A stretch of 44,045 nucleotides of DNA from Mesotaenium endlicherianum (Eukaryota), in assembly GCA_009602735.1 (NCBI GenBank), contig WELA01003597.1, forward strand, positions 237,622-281,666, given 5' to 3'. Below are positions 13,100 to 24,162 of the stretch, in pieces. A model generated the notes under the pieces. The model saw only the letters and a list, made by a program, of their open reading frames with translations, did not search any database and had not been told where the DNA came from. Position 1 is the first letter of the stretch. Every line of letters starts with the position of its first letter. Both the position numbers and the translations under genes were made by a program.

Positions 13100-16000
13100 A
13101 ATTCAAGTATCAGCAGTCATGCGCACCGAGCAGTGGTGCGGCGCACGCGGGCGTGGACATGCCTGGCCAGCATGTGCGCGGCGCGCGCGCCCCCCTGCGT
13201 GGCATGCACTGCTGATTACAGCTGGTTGGGCTGAACATGTGTAGTACTTCCTGCCTCTGCCTACTTGCCAGGTGTCCATCTGCCGCCATCTCTGCATGCA
13301 TCACCAGCAGCTCTGGAGTCGCATTGCCACCTTGTGTATCCCCACTACTGACAGCTGGCTGTGGGTGTATCTTGTTTGGGGGTGGGAATGCGTCGGTGCG
13401 GGGAGCGAGCAAGTGCACGAGTCCGCTTGAGAACAAGGAGGGGGAGGAGGAGGAGGAGGATAACAAGCAGCAGCAGCAGCAGGAGGAGGAGGAGGCCACC
13501 TGTCTGCAGACCAAGTCAGACTCTTCTCCAAACGTTCTCATCTCTAGCAGCCTGCCTGCCGCCCCTCACAACCTGGTGCAAGTCTGCCCGCCTTGGTGTC
13601 TAGGGTGGCTGGCCGTCCATTAGCCTAGTGTGTGTCCGTCCACCTGTCTGCCGGTCTGGCTGTCTCGTGCATCTGTCGAGTGTGTCAGTCCAGCTGTCGG
13701 TCTACCTGACTCTTTCAAGTGCACAAGCAGAGGAAGCTCCTGGTGGGCAACGCTCGCTCTGCCAGTGCCTGCAGGCTTCCCTCTCCAGCAGGTATATAGG
13801 AGGTGAAGGGGCTGACTGTAGAGTGACTGCCTGCGCTGGAGGGGGTGTGCAGGAATGGAAAGGAGCAAGCGGGCGGGCGAGCGCGTGAGCGCTTGTGGAG
13901 GGAGCAGGAGAAGTCTGAAGAAACAGAGGAGGAGGAGCTCTTACAACAGGCAAATGGAGTAAGGCCTCCTCTCAACCCTGGTCTGCATGCTTGTTTAGAG
14001 GAGGCCCAAAGATTGGGAACAGTGCATGGAATGGGGACGCTTCTACTCACCCGAGCAGATTCACACCACGCAACGGCTGCGGCTGCCTCCCTGCATGGGG
14101 CGCGGCCAGGCTTCTGGGCCCATTCCCGTTGCTGCTGCAGTGCATCATGACCCGAGCCTGACCTGACGTGCTCCGGATGCTGCCAGGTGTTGCCCGAGAA
14201 GTGGAGCCTCAGCCCCACGCGGCCTGCAGACTCTGCTGCCCGGATATGCGTCAACCGCGTATGGTCACTTGATCATCGAGTGCGCATTTCCTCCCCCCTC
14301 CCCTCCTCCGTCTTTGCCTTTCCTTTCCTCTCCCCTGCCACGCACACAATTGTCATTGCCATTGCTTGTAGTCCTTGATTTGCGTCCTCACGTCGTGGAT
14401 GGTACCCAGTAGTCAGCACGTCAGTTAGCCACTTTCAGTCCATTTTCGCCAGCGGGCGAGCATCTCACATCTCCCCCATTTTCTCTCACTCGACACGCAG
14501 CAGCGTGCGCGGGCGCGTGCGTGTGCCTGGCCAGCACATGCGTGCGCTGCGCATGCCCCGCCACGTGCAATAGTTGGAGTCTGTGTGGCTGGCGGTACTG
14601 ACAGAGCCCGCATGGTTGTGTGTCTGTTAGACCGTCAAGTGTTTCTTGAACATCTAGTCTTCACTAGCCCATTTACTTCCACTCGCTCTATGTACTTTGG
14701 TGCTCCATGGATTTGCCTGCCCTGTGCGGCTGACAACTGCCCACAAATGTATCTATATCGTGTACTGGGTTTCGTGGTGTAGGTGTGGGTGGGGGTGTGG
14801 TGGGCACACTCATCATGTGTTTTGAGAACGAGGTGGGGGAGGAGGAGGAGGAGGAGTGGCAGCGATGATGGCGGCAGCAGCAGCAGCAGCCGCCATCAGC
14901 ATCCGGCTTAATCCACAGGCTTAATGATAAGTCCAGTCACCCACCTCCCCAGGTTCATTGGGTGATACCGGTCTTGACGCAACCATGCATGCGTGTCTGT
15001 GCTCGTACGCATGTGTGTGTGTGTGTGTGTGTGTTTTGTTTCTGTGTGTACGTGCCATTGAGTCCCCATGCATGCATGTGCATGTGCGTGTTTGTGCACA
15101 TGTGTGCGCTTATGAGCCCATGCATACGTGTACGTTGGCATGTGTGTCTTGTGAGTGTGTGCGTGTCTGTGTGCACGTGTGCAAGGGTATGTGCGTGTGC
15201 TTGTGCGCGTGCTTGTGCGCGTGCTCATCTGCAAGCCGGTGAGAGAGTGCGGTGCATGCAAGCGTATGTGCGCTTTTGTATGTGGGGTGTTATGCCCTGT
15301 GAAGCTTGCACCATAAATGTCTTCCATTCTCAGATCTTCAACATGCCGTGAGACTCCCCCCTCTGTCGCGAACAAGTACGAGGAGCTCTCAGCACCAACC
15401 AGTCTGCCGCCCCACCTGTCCCTATCTTTTGCGTGCACCTGTCACTTGGCCGACCAGTCAGTTGTCAATCGTCAGTCAGTCAGTCGGTCAGTCGGTCGGT
15501 TAATGAGGGGGTCAGTCGGGCGGTCAATCAGGGGGTCAGTCGGTCAGTGGGTCGGTCGGTCAGTCGGTCAGGTGGTCAGTCAGTCAACCATTTTGTCGAT
15601 TATCAAGCGGTCGGAGCTCGGCCAGTAAGCTCGGTTGCCAGCTCCTGGTGCATCTCTCAGTCCATTTCCTTGTTTTCTCATTCTCCCTCTTCTTGGGCTG
15701 CTGCTGCATTTGGTGGTGCTCTGACTCCTCTCGCTAGATACACGGACGGGTGCAGCTGGTGTTACCTGACCCTGCGAATACACCATTCACTTGTCTCCAG
15801 ACTTGGCATGCTCGTCATTTGGCTTGCTCGTGCATGTGGTGATGTGAAAAATCTTGGGGGCAAGTGTGCGGGCATGTGCCTGGCCAGCACTCGTCAGCAC
15901 AAATGCTTCGCAAGCGCGCGCATGTGTGTGTCTTTTTGTGTGTTTGTGTGTGAGAGAGAGAGTGAGAGAGAGAGAGAGAGAGGGGGGGGCTGACAGTAGA

Positions 16001-18150
16001 GTGACTGCCTGTGCTGAGGGGGGTGCGGAGGATGGGGATCAGCAAGCGGGCGAGCGAGCGAGGGAGCAAGCATTTGTGGAAGGAGCAAGACAAGAAACGT
16101 AGGAGGAGGAGGAGTTCTCACAGCCTGGAACTTTTGTAAGGCCTCCCTTCGTCCCTAATCAGCAAAACATTCAATACATACTAGCTCAGAGGACGCCCCA
16201 CGAATTGAGAAGCAGTGGAATGTGGTAGCTCCTGCTCACTCAAGCGAGTTCAGGCAACGCAACGCCTGCACCCATGCATGAGATGTGTTGGGGCTTCCGG
16301 GCCTTTTTCATGGCTGCTGCCTGCTGTCTGCTGCCTGCTGCAGTGCGTCACAACCTGCGACTTATTGGATGTGCTGCGGGCGTCTTGCCAGGTATCAAGC
16401 AAGGAGTGGGGCCGCATCCCGGCGCAGCCTGCAAGCACTGCAGCAGGGGATCATGGAATTGCGTGCAGTCAGTGCATCGCTGAGTATGCTCCTCCTCCCC
16501 GCCTGCCACCCCATCTTGGCCTCCTTCCTCTGTGCCCTTCCGCTCCTCTCCCCTGCCACGCCATTGCCGTTGCCATGCTAGCATGCCTGCTTGTCTCGTC
16601 CAGCCAGCCACTTCATGTCACTCGCTTGCTCTCACTCGCTCTCTAGATGGGCAGGGGCGTGCGTGGCCGTGGGCGTGTGCCTGGCCAGCACGCGCACGCG
16701 CTGCGCACGCCGCGCAACGCCCCGTACGATTCATGTGGAGTCTGTACGGAGCCTGCGAGGCTGATTGCCGATGTGCCTGTCAGGTGCTTGCTGAACGTTT
16801 GATCTTTACTAGCTCCTTTATCTCCAGTACTCTTACCTCTTTTATCAGTTTGCCTGCCCTCTCAGCTGATGACTGCCTATAAATGCTCCTGTCTGGGTTT
16901 ACGGTGTGGGTGGTGGTGGGGGTGGGGGTGGGCAAGCGCTCCACGTGTCCACTTAAGAAATCCTGAGGAGGACGAGGAGGAGGAGGAATGGTCGCGACAA
17001 GAGCAGCAGCAACAGGCGCCACCTCTCTTGACACGTACAAGTGCGCTAGTAACCCCTTGATAATCGGTAATCGCCTGTTGAGTACACACTAGCCATGCAG
17101 CTGTCACGCCCTTGAGAGAGTTGCCGCTCGCTCCGCCCTCCTGCTTGCCTTCCGGTGTGTCTGTCAGCCAGTCACTTGGTCTCTAGCTCCAGTGCTCAAC
17201 ACACGCTGGCATTCATGCCGGCGACGCATGCCCGCCGATATAGCAGAGCAGGGAAGAGGGCTGACCGTGGAATGAGTGGCGTCGGGTTGGGCTGGGTGTG
17301 CAGTCTTGTGCCTCTCCAGGGCCAGGGCGGGAGAAAGAGGGGGAGGGAGAGGAGCAGCAGCTACCGCCTGCATCGGCATCAGTTCCCAGGCTCGAAGATG
17401 AGTCCACTCTCCTCCCGCGGGGCTTGTCGCAACCTTGTGTGTGTCTGTGTGTCTAATGGTGTGTGTGTGTGTGCGCCCTTGTGTGTGTGTGCGTGTGCCA
17501 TGTGAAGCTACCATTCTGCAGACGTCCTCAGGGACCTCTGCCTTGTACTTTTTAACGTGTCATGTCGTGAAAGGTCCCCCTTCTGTGATGATGAAGAAGA
17601 GTGCGGAGCCCTCAGCACCACCCAGCCTCTCGCCGCCCCTGCCCCTCTCCCTCCAAGCTGCACCCGTCAGTCGGTCCGTCGGTCGGTTGGTCGGTCAGTC
17701 GGTCGGTCGGTCGGTTGGTCGGTTGGTCACTCAGTTAGTTAGCCATCAGTTTGTCGTTCATCCGGTTGCTCCATCGGTTGATCAGTTGGTTTACCAGTCT
17801 TTCGCGGTCCAGCTCCCAGTCAGTTTGTTCTCTCCCTCCCTCTCTCCCTTTCTCTCTCTCTCTCTCTCCCTCCTTTCTGGGCTCCTGCGGAGCTTGTTGG
17901 TGCTCTGACTCCTCCTGTCGCTCTCTATAGGAGGGCACATGTTGTGTGATTCATCCTGAGAATGCTGTATGTGCTTGCTTGCAGACACGTGCATGCTCTT
18001 CGTGACTTGCGAGAGTGAGGGACTTGTGGGAGCACGTGTGCGGATATGTGCCTGGCCAGCACGTGTCCGCATGCATGCTTCGACGCTCACGTGCGTGTGT
18101 GTGTGTGCGTGCGCGCGCACGCGAGTGTGTGTGTGTGTGTGTGTGAGTGT
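13100..18150 (+). repeat. Diverged direct tandem duplication, period about 2.15-2.2 kb (two copies plus a partial third)
   Basis: Homologous anchors: ~13810/~15990 (gctgacNgtagagtgactgcctg), 14524/16678, ~14715/~16850, ~15300/~17502 (gtgaagct), (GGTC)n tracts ~15455-15585/~17666-17725, 15877/18049. 13100-13570 resembles ~14500-14890. Confidence 0.8.
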
Positions 18151-20138
18151 GTGTGTGTGTGTGTGTGTGTACTTATGTACATGCCTTAGTTTGAATTATT
18201 TTGGAGACGTCTCTGTGTGTATAAGTATTTGTGGTTATCTGGCTCATTCATTTATGCGTATCTGCGCATGTGTGTGTTTGTGTATTTCTTTTCATGCGCG
18301 TGTGAGTTTCCGGAAGAAGGGGATGTTGCGTGGACACATTGACCATGCAGAGTACCAGCACGCATGCTCTTGCTAAGTGCTCATGGGCTATTTTGTTTTT
18401 GGGGGGGCGGGATTCATACTTTGGGCCATATCTACATATGCGTAGCACGTACGGTCGGAGGGGACCTCAAGCGTGTGCAAGCCAGCATGGTTGTTTGGAG
18501 CGGAGCGGGAGTCCCAATCCCGGCTTGCTGGAGCGTGTGTGGTGGAGATACATGTGCCCCCGCCCCTGGCTGCACGGTGAGCTCTGACACTTCCCCTTTC
18601 TCTCCGGCACTTCCTCCCCCCCNTTCCAAGTGCCCTGAGGCTGCACCCCACGGCCAAAGAGCTGTTCGACATAGCCAGCCTCTCGCGGTCTCTCGCGTAC
18701 TTATGTTTGTGGTCCGCTGTCGTGCGCCAACTGATCCCCGGCTAGCCTCGCCTTCATAACGTGCACAGCACCCCTCCTCCTTCTCCATTACCTGCGCACA
18801 TGCATGCATGCACTCACGCTCGCGTCACCCACATCTTCCTGCCCCCGCTTTACACATTCGCTTGTTTGAGGGTGTGGCAGGCAGGCAGGCAGGCAGGCAT
18901 GCATGGGGGGGCGCAGCAGCAGCAGAATTTTGCACCGCCGGGGTGCTGGAGCCAGGGCCTAGAGAGGGCCCAGGAAGCACACCATGGGCGGTGCTGGCGG
19001 CAACGAGCGAGCGTGCATCCCATGTAACGGGAGGAAGACATTGGGGAGCAAAACACGACGACCCGTGGCGGCCAAGGCTTGTTGTTTGCATTTGTTATGA
19101 GCACGGTCGCCACGCGCAGCATGCATGCATTACGCATCGCTCTGCCACCCCTCTCACTTCTGACTGCTTGTCTGCATGCGAACCGGGGCGGGGTTGGGTG
19201 GGAGGGAGCAGGACCACGCCAGGTGGCACGCAGGGCCGAAGCACGATTGGCGCTGGCGCCGCCGCCGCTGCTGCTGCTGCTGCTAGGAGCAGCCTGAGTG
19301 GAGCATGATTCGTGTCCCCCTCTCCCTCTCGACTCCTGCTTTCCGCACCTACAGCAAGCTTGCAGCCAGTTTGACTGCTGTGCTGCGCACGCTAATGACT
19401 GGGTTTGGGTTAATGCAAAGGGTGTGGGGGAGCAGATCGGAGGGCGTGGTCGTTCAGGAGCTGCCTCTTCCTGCATGCCTGTCCGCGTGCGGCCGTCTCC
19501 GGAACATACGCGGGTCTGCCAGGTAGGGCCGTCAGCTGCACGCACGCATTCGCGCATGCTGGTGCATGGTGTTCCTTTTCCTCTTCCTCTGGTATGTACA
19601 CTCCCCCGCCTTATCAATTTGTGTCATTGAGCTCAAGCATCGCACGATAGGAAGTGGAGAACACTACAAACTTATTGTCTGTTTTTCCTTTCTTGCAAGC
19701 TTCCTCTCTTTGGCTGGAATGGTTTTGTGACGATAGTGATGCAGGTCCCGCATCCTCTCTGGAGGGCGGCCTCGGATCGATTCCACCTGGCCATGCCCGC
19801 CTCCGTACGTGTGTGTAAGTACTATGCGCTCATCCCTATTCCTGCTAACACAGCACGACGGTGAGACTCCTCCTCCTCCTCCTCCTCCTCCTCCTCCTCC
19901 TCCTCCTCCTCCTCCCTGCTTGTTTCACTGGGTCAGCTGCATCTCTAGGCCGGTACGCAACATACAGCGCCCCTTGCCACTGAACATGCCGATGGGGGTG
20001 TGGTCTGTTTGGTCGTCATGATGTGGGCAGGTGGGATACAGCTTGGGGACTTGGTTTGGACTTCAACATGAAGCTGGAATTGGTTCGAATTTGAAACTGA
20101 TATGCATATACATATCTGGACTAAATATGGTTTATATA

Positions 20139-20453
20139 GTGCCAATGGGGCACTTTGGTTTGGAGTCTGGACCTGAAGACTATCAGACATCGTAATGACT
20201 TGGACTTGGATATGTTGCTGTGAGTGCCGTTGGGGCACATAAGACTGGTCCAGGTTTTTAGATTTCGATTTTATATGTGTCGATGGGGCACAGTTATTGC
20301 TGTTTGTGCCGCTGGGGCGTTCTATGTGACGTTGGGCCACATATGATTTCTTTTGGAATCTCTTATAAATGTGCCTAATGCGCACAAATTTTGGATTCCC
20401 GCAGCGTCATATTTCTGGTTTCAGGTATAGTATTTAGTGTGCCTATGAGGTGC
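20139..20453. repeat. Array of 7 imperfect palindromic GTGCC-N5-GGCAC motifs in an AT-richer island (possible DNA-transposon subterminal array)
   Basis: Copies at 20139, 20224, 20277, 20306, 20326, 20371, 20439. Confidence 0.7.
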
Positions 20454-20481
20454 ATGTTACTGGTGTTTACCTCGTCTTCGT

Positions 20482-20795
20482 GGGAGGAGGAGGGTGGTGG
20501 AGGAGGAGAAGAGAGAAGAGGAGGAGAGAGAGGAGGAGAAGGAAGAGGAGGAAGAGGAGGCGGAGGAGGAGGAGGAGGGAGGTGGGAGGAGGAGAGAGAG
20601 GAGGAGGAGGAGGAAGAGGAGGGGAGGAGGCAGAGGAGGAGGAGGAAGAGAGGGAGGAGGATAGGGAGGAGGGAGGTGGGAGGAGAGAGAGGAGGAGGAG
20701 GAGGAAGAGGAGGGGAGGAGGCAGAGGAGGAGGAGGAAGAGAGGGAGGAGGATAGGGAGGAGGGAGGTGGGAGGAGAGAGAGGAGGAGGAGGAGG
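20482..20795 (+). repeat. Polypurine (GGA/GA) tract with a ~91-bp higher-order period, running into an N gap
   Basis: gaggatagggaggagggaggtgggaggagagagagg recurs at ~20657 and ~20748. Confidence 0.75.
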
Positions 20796-21601
20796 ANNNN
20801 NNNNNNNNNNNNNNNNNNNNNNNNNNNNNNNNNNNNNNNNNNNNNNNNNNNNNNNNNNNNNNNNNNNNNNNNNNNNNNNNNNNNNNNNNNNNNNNNNNNN
20901 NNNNNNNNNNNNNNNNNNNNNNNNNNNNNNNNNNNNNNNNNNNNNNNNNNNNNNNNNNNNNNNNNNNNNNNNNNNNNNNNNNNNNNNNNNNNNNNNNNNN
21001 NNNNNNNNNNNNNNNNNNNNNNNNNNNNNNNNNNNNNNNNNNNNNNNNNNNNNNNNNNNNNNNNNNNNNNNNNNNNNNNNNNNNNNNNNNNNNNNNNNNN
21101 NNNNNNNNNNNNNNNNNNNNNNNNNNNNNNNNNNNNNNNNNNNNNNNNNNNNNNNNNNNNNNNNNNNNNNNNNNNNNNNNNNNNNNNNNNNNNNNNNNNN
21201 NNNNNNNNNNNNNNNNNNNNNNNNNNNNNNNNNNNNNNNNNNNNNNNNNNNNNNNNNNNNNNNNNNNNNNNNNNNNCTTGGCCTGAGTGCCTGAGGGACA
21301 CCTGGGCCCTTGTGGATGCATCACAAACTCTTCTGGCCGTGAAGCGTTGGGCTGGAGTGTGTGTGCTGTGCAATCCTGGAAGGGAGGGGGGGGGGTTGAT
21401 GGAGCCACGTACTGCAATGCTGGCCGACTTGGACTGGGGGGTCGGAAGGAACGCCTAGTTCCTCACCCATTCCCAACACGTCTGGGAGTTGCTGGACTCT
21501 GTCTCTCTCTCCCTCTGGAAGTGGGAGGGCGTCTCTTCTCAGGGTTTTTACAAGCCCTGAGAGAGGACCTTCTCAAGAATACAGTGCACAGAGGCCTTTT
21601 T

Positions 21602-21870
21602 TACTCCTACTACTACTATACTTCTAGTAATTCTACCATACCTGCTGCTGCTGCTACACTGCTACTATTACTACTACTAACAATCCTACGAGTACCACTA
21701 CTATTTTCAGTTCCATTTCACGAGTGGAAGTCTTGCCTTCACTAGTACTACTACTACTCATACGCCAGCAATTACTAATACCCCAACGATTATCACCACT
21801 CCTACTCCTGTGACTACTCCTTCCACTCCCTGACACTGCTGCTAGAGCCACTTCTGCCGCTACCACTACT
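21602..21870 (+). repeat. Degenerate (CTA)n-rich low-complexity tract
   Basis: Repeated tactactac/ctactacta runs. Confidence 0.7.
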
Positions 21871-23074
21871 GGTCAAGTGGACAAGGGGAGTGTGCGCTTG
21901 CTTGAGCCTGCGCAGGAAGGGCGGCAGGGTGGACGCCCGTGAAATGGCACGTGGGTCCCGTCTCGGCACTTGCGGGTGCCGGGGCTGCCTCCCGCCCAGC
22001 CCCAGACTGTTGTTGTTGGCGCGCTTCGAGCCGCCGCTCCCCCTGCTTTTCTCACTCGCTTCTGCTGCCTGCCAGGTGTCACTCTCGTCCGCTTGCGAGC
22101 AGATAAGTGATGCGTGGTTTGCTCCAAGATTTGCTTCAACCCTCTGCCAGGTGTCAATGATGTTCTTTGCTTGCGAGCTAAGAGTGACACATGGCTTGCT
22201 GTGGGGCACTGATGTGACTGACGCGGAGGTTGTTTTATTTCCTGTATCTGTCTTCCCTTCAGGTGCCGCAAGCTCACCCTTAACTGGCCGGGGGTGGTTG
22301 GGGGGTGTCGTGTCTTGCGGGACGCGACGGACCCCCATGATGCAGCAGCAGCAGCAGCAGCACATGCGTCATGCCTCTGTGCTCCCTCCCGAGCGGCACC
22401 GCCAAGATCTCTTGAGGCCTCGGGCGCTCCCGTGGGCAATGCTCGTTCAGCTAGCACCACGCATGCTCTACTTTCTGCTTTCATCAGGACTGATTCACTC
22501 TGCTCTGTTTGCTCCCTCTCCCTCTCTCTCTGTCTCTGCAGGTGCAATGGCGTCGACGCCTGGCGACGCCTGCAGCGGACACAACAGCGACTGAAGATTG
22601 ATAGGTCATAGACAGCATTCTTCAATAGGTGTAGCTTCCAGTAGGCAGGCATAGAGGCTAGTGCTAGGCTAGTGTGATTGAGGTTGCGCAAGCAGGCAGT
22701 GCATGCACGTAGCCAGATATCAGGTTAGGCGTAGGTAGGCGAGGGACCCACATGTAGTATTAATCCTTTTATTATCTTGTGGGGGCACGGCGGTACAGAG
22801 TGCGCGTGTGGCGGGGCGTGCATGATCGTGACCGCGCGCGGCAGAAGGGGCGGCGGTCGCGCACAGGCAGGCAGACGGGAAGCCCACGCATGCACGCACA
22901 GCCACGCGCCTCTTCCCCCTCTCCCAAAAGATAAGTAGTCCCTTCCCCCGGCCCCCCCCCCCACGTCTTCCCTCTCTCTCTTGCATCGGGTGCGGGTTGG
23001 ATGATTTGTCAGGCGTGCGTGTGGCTGGGGTAGGCGCGGGGCTTTCGGGTTAGGGCTGGGGGGCAGGCGAGGTT

Positions 23075-24162
23075 CCTTGCTGCTTCCCCTGCAGCTGCTG
23101 TTGCTGCAGCAGCGGCAACTGCAGGAGCTGCAGCAGGAGCTTTGCCCCTCGTTCTTTGTGAGACTGTGGCAGGGGGTACTGGCATTGGGGTAGCGGCGTG
23201 CTTCTCTGCTGCCCCTGCGCTTGCTGTCGCTGCAGCAGCAGCAGCCGCAGGAGCAGCGGAGTGATTGTGGCCGGGGGCTTTTGTGTTAGGGTGGGGGACG
23301 TGCGTCTCTGCTGCTCCTGCGGTTGTTGTTGCTGCAGCAGCAGCCGCTGCAGGAGCAGCAGAGTGGGTGTGGGTAGGACGTTTGAAGGTTAGGGTTAGGG
23401 CGTGCATCTCTGCTGCTCCTGCAGCTGCTGTTGCTGCAGCAGTAGCAGGTGCAGGAGCAGCAGAGTAAGTGTCAGTAGGAAATTTGAAAGGTTAGGGTGC
23501 GGGCGATGGGCTCCGTTGCTTCTGCGGTTGATGTTGCTGCAGCACCGGCAGCCGCAGGAGCAGCGGAGGAGTGTGGCTGGAGTCTGCCTGTTGTGTGGGG
23601 GTGTGCTACTCTGCTGCTTCTGTGGTTGCTGTTGCTGCAGCAGCAGCAGCCGCAGGAGCAGCAGAGTTACTGTGGCTGGTGGGTTTTGCATTATGGTAAA
23701 GGCGTGTTTCCCTGCTGCCTCTGCAGTTGTTGTAAGTGCAGGTGCAGCAGCCGTAGATGCAGCAGCGGCAGCATTGTCCCTGCCCTGACGGGAGAATGGC
23801 TCGGGGGTTTGGCCTTAGGGTTGGAGGGGGAACATCTCTGCTGTGGCTGTAGTTGCTGCGGCTGCAGCAGCAGCAGGAGCTCTGTCCCTGTCTCTAGTGT
23901 GAGTGTGCCTGGGGGGTTTGGCGTCGGGGTGGGGGCGTGCTTTGCTGCTGTCTCTGCCACTACTGTTGCTGAAGCAGCAGAAGCAGGAGGAGCAGCAGAG
24001 TGAGTGCCGTTTGAAGGTTGCCGTGGGGGTCGTGCTTCTCTACTGCTTCTGCCGCTGTGAGTGTGGCTGGGGGTGTTGTGGTTTGCCTTTGGTCGTCCTA
24101 CTCTGCTGCTCCTGCAGCTGCCGTTGCTGCAGCAACGGGGGTTGCAGGTGCAGCAGCAGGAG
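23075..24162 (+). repeat. Array of about 10 palindromic ~58-bp CTG/CAG hairpin repeats with 40-65 bp G/T-rich spacers
   Basis: Units of exactly 58 bp at 23204, 23306, 23408, 23511, 23609; degenerate units at ~23075, 23710, 23836, 23941, 24101. Arms ctctgctgctcctgc...gcaggagcagcagag are reverse complements. Confidence 0.9.

Noticed and set aside
20139..20453. CRISPR-like reading of the GTGCC-N5-GGCAC repeats
   Set aside because: The repeat is only 15 bp and spacing is very irregular (20-85 bp).
20375..21458. Long ORFs of 300+ aa spanning the polypurine tract and N gap, and similar gap-spanning ORFs elsewhere
   Set aside because: They are open only because of Ns and low-complexity sequence.
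23389..23400. Telomere or interstitial telomeric array
   Set aside because: Only two tandem TTAGGG copies are present.
23009..24003. Ala-rich ORFs (SAAPAAAAAAATTTAGAAE) resembling antifreeze or mucin-like proteins
   Set aside because: The same peptide appears on both strands because the DNA is palindromic, and non-triplet unit lengths break the frame.
23075..24162. CRISPR array interpretation of the palindromic repeat-spacer array
   Set aside because: The context is eukaryotic with no cas genes, the repeats are 58 bp and diverged, and the spacers resemble each other rather than being unique acquisitions.
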